DNA from: Ranitomeya imitator
Lineage: Eukaryota
Assembly (NCBI RefSeq): GCF_032444005.1
Contig: NC_091284.1
Coordinates: 700,476,001-700,540,000, forward strand
Length of the DNA: 64,000 bases
Direction of reading: 5' to 3'
Part shown: piece after piece, positions 38,901-50,900 of the stretch
Position numbering within the stretch: position 1 is the stretch's first letter
How the letters are laid out: each line of letters begins with the position of its first letter
Program-made: the position numbers and the translations under genes
The notes under the pieces: model-generated
Seen by the model: the letters and a program-made list of their open reading frames with translations, nothing else
Databases searched by the model: none
What the model was told of the DNA's origin: nothing

Positions 38901-41900
38901 TTGAAATGGATTGAGGTTGCCATGTCACATTGGCAGAGTCCCTGACTGTTATGAAGGCAATCCAGTGACACAGTGTGCCAGCAATCAGAGCACATACAGT
39001 GATCTGACAATAACCCAAAAATAATAGAACGAGCTCTGAGACGTGGAATCTCTGTAGACCGCAATACCTGAACCTATCCTAAACACAACTAAAGGCAGCT
39101 GTGGATTGCGCCTGACACTACCTATGCAACTCGGCACAGCCTGAGGAACTGACTAGCCTGAAGATAGAAATACAAGCCTGGCTTGCCTCAGAGAAATACC
39201 CCAAAGGAAAAGGCAGCCCCCCACATATAATGACTGTTAGCAAGAGGAAAAGACAAAACGTAGGGATGAAATAGATTCAGCAAAGTGAGGCCCGATATTC
39301 TAGATAGAGCGAGGATAGCAAAGAGAACTTTGCAGTCTACAAAAAACCCTAAAGCAAAAAAACACGCAAAGGGGCAAAAAGACCCACCGTGCCGAACTAA
39401 CGGCACGGCGGTACACCCTTTGCGTCTCAGAGCTTCCAGCAAAACGAATAGACAAGCTGGACAGAAAAAATAGCAACAAAAGCAAAGAAGCACTTATCTA
39501 GCAGAGCAGCAGGCCACAGGAAAGATCCAAAGCTCAGATCCAACACTGGAACATTGACAAGGAGCAAGGAAGACAGAATCAGGTGGAGTTAAATAACAAA
39601 GCAGCCAACGAGCTCACCAGAACACCTGAGGGAGGAAGCCCAGAAGCTGCAGTACCACTTGTGACCACAGGAGTGAATTCAGCCACAGAATTCACAACAG
39701 TACCCCCCCCTTGAGGAGGGGTCACCGAACCCTCACCAGAGCCCCCAGGCCGACCAGGATGAGCCACATGAAAGGCACGAACAAGATCTGGAGCATGGAC
39801 ATCAGAGGCAAAAACCCAGGAATTATCTTCCTGAGCATAACCCTTCCATTTAACCATATACTGAAGTTTCCGTCTAGAGACACGAGAATCCAAAATTTTC
39901 TCCACAATATACTCCAATTCCCCCTCCACCAAAACCGGGGCAGGAGGCTCAACAGATGGAACCATAGGTGCCACGAATCTCCGCAACAACGACCTATGGA
40001 ATACATTATGTATGGAAAAGGAGTCCGGGAGGGTCAGACGAAAGGACACAGGATTGAGAATCTCAGAAATCCTATACGGACCAATAAAACGAGGTTTAAA
40101 TTTAGGAGAGGAAACCTTCATAGGAATATGACTAGAAGATAACCAAACCAGATCCCCAACACGAAGTCGGGGACCCACACGGCGTCTGCGATTAGCGAAA
40201 AGTTGAGCCTTCTCCTGGGACAAGGTCAAATTGTCCACTACCTGAGTCCAGATCTGCTGCAACCTGTCCACCACAGAATCCACACCAGGACAGTCCGAAG
40301 ACTCAACCTGTCCTGAAGAGAAACGAGGATGGAACCCAGAATTGCAGAAAAATGGAGAGACCAAGGTAGCCGAGCTGGCCCGATTATTAAGGGCGAACTC
40401 AGCCAACGGCAAAAAGGACACCCAATCATCCTGGTCTGCAGAAACAAAACATCTCAGATATGTTTCCAAGGTCTGATTGGTTCGTTCGGTCTGGCCATTA
40501 GTCTGAGGATGGAAAGCCGAGGAAAAAGATAGGTCAATGCCCATCCTACCACAAAAAGCTCGCCAGAACCTTGAAACAAACTGGGAACCTCTGTCAGAAA
40601 CAATATTCTCAGGAATGCCATGCAAACGAACCACATGCTGGAAGAACAAAGGCACCAAATCAGAGGAGGAAGGCAATTTAACCAAGGGCACCAGATGGAC
40701 CATTTTAGAAAAGCGATCACAGACCACCCAAATGACTGACATCTTTTGAGAAACGGGAAGGTCCGAAATGAAATCCATCGAAATATGTGTCCAAGGCCTC
40801 CTCGGGACCGGCAAGGGCAAAAGCAACCCACTGGCACGTGAACAGCAGGGCTTAGCCCTAGCACAAATCCCACAGGACTGCACAAAAGTACGTACATCCC
40901 GTGACAGAGATGGCCACCAGAAGGATCTAGCCACTAACTCTCTGGTACCAAAGATTCCAGGATGACCAGCCAACACCGAACAATGAAGTTCAGAGATAAC
41001 TTTACTAGTCCACCTATCAGGGACGAACAGTTTCTCCGCCGGACAACGATCAGGTTTATTAGCCTGAAATTTTTGCAACACTCGCCGCAAATCAGGGGAG
41101 ATGGCAGACACAATGACTCCTTCCTTGAGGATACTCGCCGGCTCAGATAAACCCGGAGAGTCGGGCACAAAACTCCTAGACAGAGCATCCGCCTTCACAT
41201 TTTTAGAGCCCGGAAGGTACGAAATCACAAAATCGAAGCGAGCAAAAAATAACGACCAACGGGCCTGTCTAGGATTCAAGCGCTTGGCAGACTCGAGAAA
41301 AGTAAGGTTCTTATGATCAGTCAATACCACCACGCGATGCTTAGCTCCTTCAAGCCAATGACGCCACTCCTCGAATGCCCACTTCATGGCCAGCAACTCT
41401 CGGTTGCCCACATCATAATTACGCTCAGCAGCAGAAAACTTCCTGGAAAAGAAAGCACATGGTTTCAACACTGAGCAACCAGAACCTCTCTGTGACAAAA
41501 CCGCCCCTGCTCCAATCTCAGAAGCATCAACCTCGACCTGGAACGGAAGAGAAACATCTGGTTGACACAACACAGGGGCAGAACAAAAACGACGCTTCAA
41601 CTCCTGAAAAGCTTCCACGGCAGCAGAAGACCAATTAACCAAATCAGCACCCTTCTTGGTCAAATCGGTCAATGGTTTGGCAATGCTAGAAAAATTACAG
41701 ATGAAGCGACGATAAAAATTAGCAAAGCCCAGGAACTTTTGCAAACTTTTCAGAGATGCCGGCTGAGTCCAATCCTGGATGGCTTGGACCTTAACCGGAT
41801 CCATCTCGATAGTAGAAGGGGAAAAGATGAACCCCAAAAATGAAACTTTCTGCACACCGAATAGACACTTTGATCCCTTCACGAACAAAGAATTAGCACG

Positions 41901-44900
41901 CAGGACCTGGAAAACCATTCTGACCTGCTTCACATGAGACTCCCAATCATCTGAGAAGATCAAAATGTCATCCAAGTAAACAATCAGGAATTTATCCAGA
42001 TACTCACGGAAGATGTCATGCATAAAAGACTGAAACACAGATGGAGCATTGGCAAGTCCGAATGGCATCACTAGATACTCAAAATGACCCTCGGGCGTAT
42101 TAAATGCAGTTTTCCATTCATCTCCTTGCCTGATTCTCACCAGATTATACGCACCACGAAGATCTATCTTAGTGAACCAACTAGCCCCCTTAATCCGAGC
42201 AAACAAGTCAGATAACAATGGCAAGGGATACTGAAATGTAACAGTGATCTTATTAAGAAGGCGGTAATCAATACACGGTCTCAGCGAACCATCCTTCTTG
42301 GCTACAAAAAAGAACCCTGCTCCCAGTGGTGATGACGATGGGCGAATATGTCCCTTCTCCAGGGATTCCTTCACATAACTGCGCATAGCGGCGTGTTCAG
42401 GTACGGATAAATTAAATAAACGACCTTTAGGGAATTTACTACCAGGAATCAAATTGATAGCACAATCACAATCCCTATGCGGAGGTAGGGCATCGGACTT
42501 GGACTCTTCAAATACATCCTGATAATCAGACAAGAACTCTGGGACCTCAGAAGGAGTGGATGACGAAATAGACAAAAATGGAACATCACCATGTACCCCC
42601 TGACAACCCCAGCTGGATACCGACATAGAGTTCCAATCCAATACTGCATTATGGGTTTGTAGCCATGGCAACCCCAACACGACACATCATGCAGATTATG
42701 TAGCACCAGAAAGCGAATAACTTCCTGATGTGCAGGAGCCATGCACATGGTCAGCTGGGCCCAGTACTGAGGTTTATTCTTGGCCAAAGGTGTAGCATCA
42801 ATTCCTCTCAACGGAATAGGACACCGCAAAGGCTCCAAGAAAAACCCACAACGTTTAGCATAATCCAAATCCATCAGATTCAGGGCAGCGCCTGAATCCA
42901 CAAACGCCATGACAGAATACGATGATAAAGAGCATATCAAGGTAATGGACAGAAGGAATTTGGACTGTACAGTACCAATGACGGCAGACCTATCGAACCG
43001 CTTAGTGCGCTTAGGACAATCAGAAATAGCATGAGTGGAATCACCACAGTAGAAACACAGCCCATTCTGACGTCTGTGTTCTTGCCGTTCAACTCTGGTC
43101 ATAGTCCTATCGCACTGCATAGGCTCAGGTTTAATCTCAGACAATACCGCCAGATGGTGCACAGATTTACGCTCGCGCAAGCGACGACCGATCTGAATGG
43201 CCAAAGACATAGACTCATTCAAACCAGCAGGCATAGGAAAACCCACCATGACATCCTTAAGATCCTCAGAGAGACCCTTTCTGAACAAAGCTGCCAGCGC
43301 AGATTCATTCCACAGAGTGAGTACTGACCACTTCCTAAATTTCTGACAATATACTTCTATATCATCCTGACCCTGGCACAAAGCCAGCAAATTTTTCTCA
43401 GCCTGATCCACTGAATTAGGCTCATCGTACAGTAATCCGAGCGCCAGGAAAAACGCATCGACACTACTCAATGCAGGGTCTCCTGGCGCAAGAGAAAAAG
43501 CCCAGTCCTGAGGGTCGCCGCGCAAAAAAGAAATAATAATCAAAACCTGTTGAACTGAATTACCAGAAGAATGAGGTTTCAAGGCCAGAAATAGCTTACA
43601 ATTATTTTTGAAGCTCAGAAACTTAGTTCTATCACCAAAAAAACAAATCAGGAATAGGAATTCTTGGTTCTAGCATAGATTTCTGATCAATAGTATCTTG
43701 AATCTTTTGTACATTTATAACGAGATTATCCATTGAAGAGCACAGACCCTGAATATCCATGTCCACAGCTGTGTCCTGAAGCACCCAAATGTCTAGGGGA
43801 AAAAAAAGACTGAACACAGAGCTGAGAAAAAAAAATGATGTCAGAACTTCTTTTTTCCCTCTATTGAGAATCACTAGAAAAAAGACGACTGAGGGGCGAT
43901 CTAATAACCATGTATAAGTATATAAGGGGACAATACAAATATCTCGCTGAGGATCTGTTTATACCAAGGAAGGTGACGGGCACAAGGGGGCATTCTTTGC
44001 GTCTGGAGGAGAGAAGGTTTTTCCACCAACATAGAAGAGGATTCTTTACTGTTAGGGCAGTGAGAATCTGGAATTGCTTGCCTGAAGAGGTGGTGATGGC
44101 GAACTCAGTCGAGGGGTTCAAGAGAGGCCTGGATGTCTTCCTGGAGCAGAACAATATTGTATCATACAATTAGGTTCTGTAGAAGGACGTAGATCTGGGG
44201 ATTTATTATGATGGAATATAGGCTGAACTGGATGGACAAATGTCTTTTTTCGGCCTTACTAACTATGTTACTATGTTATGTTATTAGTTAGGCTCCTTGT
44301 ACTGTTATGAAGGCAATCCAGTGACACAGTGTGCCAGCAATCAGAGCACATACAGTGATCTGACAATAACCCAAAAATAATAGAACGAGCTCTGAGACGT
44401 GGAATCTCTGTAGACCGCAATACCTGAACCTATCCTAAACACAACTAAAGGCAGCTGTGGATTGCGCCTGACACTACCTATGCAACTCGGCACAGCCTGA
44501 GGAACTGACTAGCCTGAAGATAGAAATACAAGCCTGGCTTGCCTCAGAGAAATACCCCAAAGGAAAAGGCAGCCCCCCACATATAATGACTGTTAGCAAG
44601 AGGAAAAGACAAAACGTAGGGATGAAATAGATTCAGCAAAGTGAGGCCCGATATTCTAGATAGAGCGAGGATAGCAAAGAGAACTTTGCAGTCTACAAAA
44701 AACCCTAAAGCAAAAAACCACGCAAAGGGGGCAAAAAGACCCACCGTGCCGAACTAACGGCACGGCGGTACACCCTTTGCGTCTCAGAGCTTCCAGCAAA
44801 ACGAATAGACAAGCTGGACAGAAAAAATAGCAACAAAAGCAAAGAAGCACTTATCTAGCAGAGCAGCAGGCCACAGGAAAGATCCAAAGCTCAGATCCAA

Positions 44901-47900
44901 CACTGGAACATTGACAAGGAGCAAGGAAGACAGAATCAGGTGGAGTTAAATAACAAAGCAGCCAACGAGCTCACCAGAACACCTGAGGGAGGAAGCCCAG
45001 AAGCTGCAGTACCACTTGTGACCACAGGAGTGAATTCAGCCACAGAATTCACAACACCTGACATGCCAGAAAAGCAGACCCCCATAAGTGACCCCATTTT
45101 GCAAACTACACCCCCTCAATGAATTAATCTAGGGGTGCAGTAACCATAGTAACTCCACATGAGCCTCACAGAATTTTACACCATTGGGTGCTGAAGAAAG
45201 CATAATTACATTTTTACCATTAAAATGTTGTTTTAACCCTGAGTTTTTAATTTCTATATGGGCTAATAGGAACAAATGGACCTCAGTTTGTTGTGTGTTT
45301 TCTCTGAATGCACCAATATGCTACATGTCGGGAACTACTTCTCAGGCACAGTGGACTGCTCAGAAGGGATGTAACACCATATTACAATGCAGATTTTGCT
45401 GTTATGGTTTGTGGGTGCCATGTCATATTGGCAGAGGCCCTGAGGTGCCAGAACAGCATAACCCTCTGTTAGTGACCCCATTTTACAACTAAACCTCTCA
45501 ATGAATTCATCTTTCAATGATCATATTAACACTACACTACTGTGTAAAAGATTAGGGTCACTTAGAAATTTCCTTATTTTTGAAAGAAAAACACAGTTTT
45601 TTCCAATTAAGCTAACATTAAATGATTCAGAAATACACTGTATACATTGTTAATGTGGTAAATGACTATTCTAGCTGCAAACGTCTGGTTTGTAATGCAA
45701 TATCTTCATAGGTGTATAGAGGCGCATTTACAACAACCATCACTCCAGTGTTCTTATGGTACTTTGTGTTTACTAACTGTGTTAGAAGGCTAATGGATGG
45801 TTAGAATACCCTTGAAAATACTTGTGCAAGTATGTTAGCACAGCTGAAAACAGTTTGGCTGATTAGTGAAGCTATAAACCTGACCTTCCTTTGAGCTAGT
45901 TGAGAATCTGCATTACAATTGTTGGTTCCATTAAACTCTCAAAATGGACAGAAAAAAGAACTTTCATGTGAAACTCAACAGTCTATTCTTGTTCTTAGAA
46001 ATGAAGGCTATTCCATGCGAGAAATCGCCAAGAAACTGAAGATTTCCTACAACGGTGTGTACTACTCCCTTCAGAGCAGGCTCTAACCAGAGTAGAAAGA
46101 GAAGTAGGAGGCTCCGCTGCACAACTGAGCAATAAGACATATACATTAGAGTCTGTAGTTTGAGAAATCGACACCTCACAGGTCCCCAACTGGCAGCTTC
46201 ATTAAATAGTACACGCAAAACGCCAGTGTAAACGTCTACAGTGAAGAGGCGACTCCAGGATGCTGGCCTTCAAGGCAGAGTGGGAAAAAAAGCCATATCT
46301 GAGACTGACTATTAAAAGGAAAAGAGTAATATGGGCAAAATAACACAGACATTGGACAGAGGAAGATTGGAAAAAAGTGTTATGGACAGACAAATCCAAG
46401 TTTGAGGTGTTTGGCTCACAAAGAAGAACATCTGTGAGATGCAGAAAGACTGAATAGATGCTGGAAGAGTGCCTGACACCATCTGTCAAGCAAGGAGGAG
46501 GAAATGTGATGGTCTGGGGTTCCTTTGGTGTTGGTAAAGTGGGAGATTTGTACAAGGTAAAAGGGATTTTGAATAAGGCTACTTTCACACTAGCGTCGGA
46601 CTCGGCCCGACGCACTGCGATGGGCCGACGTACCGACGCTAGCAGTGAATGCGCCGCACAACGGGGGCAGCGGATGAATTTCTCCAGCACATCCGCTGCC
46701 CCATTGTGAGGTGCAGGGAGGTGGGGGCGGACCGTTGGCAGCAAAAAAGTTACATGTAACGTTTTTTGCTCCCGGCGGTCCGCCACAACACGGCGCAACC
46801 GTCGCACGACGGTTGCGATGTGTGTCAATGTGTCGCAATGCGTCGCTAATGTTAGTCTATTGGGGCAAAAACGCATCCTGCAGACAACTTTGCAGGATGC
46901 GTTTTTTCCCATAAACGACGCATTGTGACATATTGGAAAAAAACGCTAGTGTGAAAGTAGCCTAAGGAAGGCTATCGCTCCATTTTGCAACGCCATGCCA
47001 TACCCTGTGGACAGAGCTTGATTGGAGCCAATTTCATCCTACAACAGGACAATGACCCAAAGCACACCTCCAAATTATGCAAGAACTATTTAGGGAAGAA
47101 GCAGGCAGCTGGTATTCTAGCTGTAATGGAGTGGCCAGCGCAGTCACCAGATCTCAGATAAACAGAATTCAATGCAGAGACAGAGCCATTAAACTTCGGA
47201 CCCAGTCTACATCAAATGGACTCTACATATTTATAATGATGTCCTTTCAGTTTCCATTAGCGTCTCCTCCATTTTACAGAAAAAATTATTCCAGCAGGCT
47301 GCTTGTTTCAGTAAAAAAGACAGAACGGTTCCAAAGTATATATGAATGTAATTTTATCTTCAGAATAATTTTTTGTTTTCACGTTTGTTCCCAGAGATAT
47401 AGACTTTGCATGAATGTTTGGATGTTACTTTTACAGAAAAAAATATGAGGTTGAGAACCCTGATGTTGATTTGTGATTAGCACCAAAAGTATCAGGATAG
47501 ACTGCAAATGATGCTTGGGAAAAGAAAACATTCTAAATCTTGTGTTTTTAACAATATGTTTCATGCTGACTTTTATGTGGATTCGGCACATTGTTGTGCT
47601 CTTCCCACAAATACAAATTACTCCCAATTTCTAGACAATTGATTAAATGTGCCATTGTTGCCATAACTGTGACAGGGTTAATGCCTGTTAAAGACTATGT
47701 GCAAAATTATTAGGCACGTGAGTATTTTGACCATATCATTATTTTCATGCAGATTTTCCAACTCTAAGCTGTATAAACTAGAATGCTTTTTAGATGAAGG
47801 AGATCAGATGATATGTAATTGTGTAATAAGAGGTTGTGGCCCAAGGATATTAACATCCTTTATCAAGGTGTGCTTGCAGAATTATTAGGCAGCTTGTTTT

Positions 47901-50900
47901 CCTCAGGCAAATAGTTAAAAAAAGGGACTTCACTGACATTAAAAAAATTAAAAAATATATTAATCATTTATCAGAGGGATGCAATACTCTTGAAATTGCT
48001 TACATATTGAGGCAAGATTACAGCAGCATCAAAAATTTGTTGCAGACAATCAACAGGGTTGCAAAAAAACATGTTGAGGAAAAAATACGCACATTAACTG
48101 CCAAAGAGTTGAGAAGGCTCAAGCGTGAACCCAATAAGAACCCATTATCATCCATTGTTGTCATATTCCAGAACTGCAACCTCCCTGGAGAGCCCAGAAG
48201 TAAAAAGTGTTCGGTGCTCAGAGACATGGCCGAAGTAAGGAGGGCTAAGACCCTACCACCACTGAGCAAGACACAAAAGGTGAAACGTCAAGACTGGGCC
48301 AAGAAATATCTGAAGATAGATTTTTCAAAGGTTTTATGGACTGATGAGATGAGAGTAACTCTTGACGGACCAATTGGATGAGCCCGTGCCTGGATTAGTA
48401 ACGGGTTCAGACATCCACTTCAACTCAGACACCAGCAAGTTGATGTGGGGTACTGCTATCGGCTGGTATTATTAAAAATGAGCTAGTTAGATCAGTTGAA
48501 GTTGAAGATGGACTCAAAATCAACTTCCAAACCTACTGCCAGTTTCTGGAAGACACTTTCTTCAAGCACTGGCACTGGAAAAAGTCTCTATGGTTTCAAG
48601 AAAGCCCTGATTTTTATGTTGGACAATGCTCCACTAAATGCACTGAAGTTCTCTAATGCTTGGCTGTCCGTAAAGACCTTTAAAGAGGAAAGAATAAAGA
48701 CATGGCCCCTTCCTCAAATGACTTAAACTCTATTGAGATCTCTTGGGCCCTTCTTAAACGGTTTTTAAGATTTATGCTGAAGGAAAACACTACACCTCTC
48801 TGAACAGTGTGGGAGGCTGTGGTTGATACTGCCCTAAAAGTTCATCGTCAACAGATAAACAAACTGACTCCATGGATGGACATCTTATGTCTGTTATTGA
48901 AAGAATGGGGGCCATATTGGTCACTGATATATATTTTTAGTTGCTTGGTTATTATTCTCACTTTATAAGATGAAAGTAAACAATTGAGATGGGAAAATTT
49001 ACATTTTTTATTTAGTTTATAAAGTAAGATAAAATTGCAATAAAATTGTTTTTATTTCTACAGACCCTGAAATTAAGTCACTTATCATTGATTGCAGCGG
49101 GATTATATTTATTGACATTGCCGGAGCTCGTCTTTTCATACAGGTCAGTGGATGACTGACCAGTTTAACTTAAGTATAAATAATTTGTTAGGCTAAGTTC
49201 ACATGAGCGTATAAAAAAAGTAAGGAAAAAAAAAACAGACTATTATTCATCTGTATTATTATCCATATGCCACCTGCATGGAATTTGATTTTAAATGTCT
49301 GCAGTGAATACAATTTAGAATCATAGAATGGTAGAGTTTGAAGGGACTTCCGGGGTCATCTGGTCCAACCCCCTGCTCAATGCAGGATTCACTAAATCGT
49401 CCCAGACAGATGTCTGTCCAGCCTCTGTTTGAAGACTTCCATTGAAGGAGAACTCACCACCTCTCCTGGCAACCTGTTCCACTCGTTGATCACCCTCACT
49501 GTCAAAAAGCTTTTTTCTAATATCTAACCTGTGTTTCCTCCCTACAAGATCTAAAACTGTGTCTTTTGTTATAGGTTTCCTGTTATTTTTTTTCCCCCTA
49601 AAGGTGTGTAAATGTTACTGTAGTGTCGCCAACTTCTTCGGTATCCAGCGTTGCTCCGGTCCTATGTGAGTCTCTGACAGCAGCATTAATAGTGTGCTGG
49701 AATCACAGGGCTTCAATGGGTTGCTATGACAACAGGGGGTCTGTTGAAGACCCTTGTGCCTGCCTTCATGGAGCTCTGCTGAAACCTATATTGTCGCAGG
49801 ACTTTAAAGGAGACCATAATTTGCACTGTTACCAGCAAATCAGCTGAATGCAGCTCCAGTCCCATAAATGGACTAAGAAATGCAGCAAAAAGATTAAAGG
49901 GTCGACATTGACTGTTAGGATTGCTACTTCCAATAGGTGGCACTAGAGTTCTAGTCTTCTTCCTCTCTGAAGAGACAATTTGCAAAAATTTTGAAAGAAA
50001 TTCAAAATACATATAAATCTGAATTGCATCCAATGTTCCCCCATTAAAAAGAAAGTCATTAAAAATACACATATGTAGTATCAGGGCCTTCATAAAAGTC
50101 TGATCTATCAAAATGTAAAATTAATTAACCCAGTGAGTAAACAGCACCAGTTCTCTACAACTGTCCCTGGTCTTTGTTGATAGTCTGCATTCATTATGTG
50201 ACAACTACAGTGCAGGTGACTATTGCAGCCAGTGGACTCTTTGGTGATGTGCTAATAAGTGAGCACATAACCACTGAGCCCAGTCATTGACTGTGAAGAA
50301 TCAGGGCCAGTAACTGCCTGCATTTTACCGGTTGCAGCTATGCAGAGCCTGCGCTAGAGAAGGGATCAGTGAGTAAAGTAAGTGTACCACTCCCCATAAC
50401 CAGATGATCCCAACGTTACACTAAAAATGAAGCAAAGAGATGGTGACGAAATAAAACTTCACTCTGTAATGTTCCCTTCCTCCGATTGTAGCATGGATAT
50501 TGGCACACAATGAGACGCTTGGTTATGTCCATTTTCAAATTGATTCCAAAAATCACATTAAGGCTGCCGTCACACTAGCAGTATTTTACATCAGTATTTG
50601 TAAGCCAAAACCAGGAGTGGGTGATAAATACAGAAGTGGTGCATATGTTTCTATTATACTTTTCCTCTGATTGTTCCACTCCTGGTTTTGGCTTACAAAT
50701 ACTGATGTAAAATACTGATCAAATACTGATAGTGTGACGGCAGCCTTAGGGCTCTTTCAGACATTCAGGATTATCGGTCCGATATTTGATCGCGATGTAC
50801 TAACTGGCAGCACGTCTCCCATCCTGAGTAGGACAGCTTAGTGTATTTCTATGAGGTTGTCACTCTCAGCGATGTGCGGTCAGTACGTGCATTGCGATCC

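Larger units (their letters stand above)
38947..45056 (-). mobile_element. Full-length chromodomain Ty3/Gypsy element, subfamily C, very young
   Basis: LTRs 38947-39699 and 44303-45056 differ by about 1 substitution + 1 indel by eye. Perfect flanking CCTGAC/CCTGAC. PPT at 39700-39720. Inserted in a host repeat that continues on both sides. Confidence 0.98.

Noticed and set aside
2539-45056. Domesticated sushi-type gene (RTL1/PEG10-like)
   Set aside because: The elements retain paired LTRs and TSDs and carry stops and frameshifts, so they are ordinary recent insertions.
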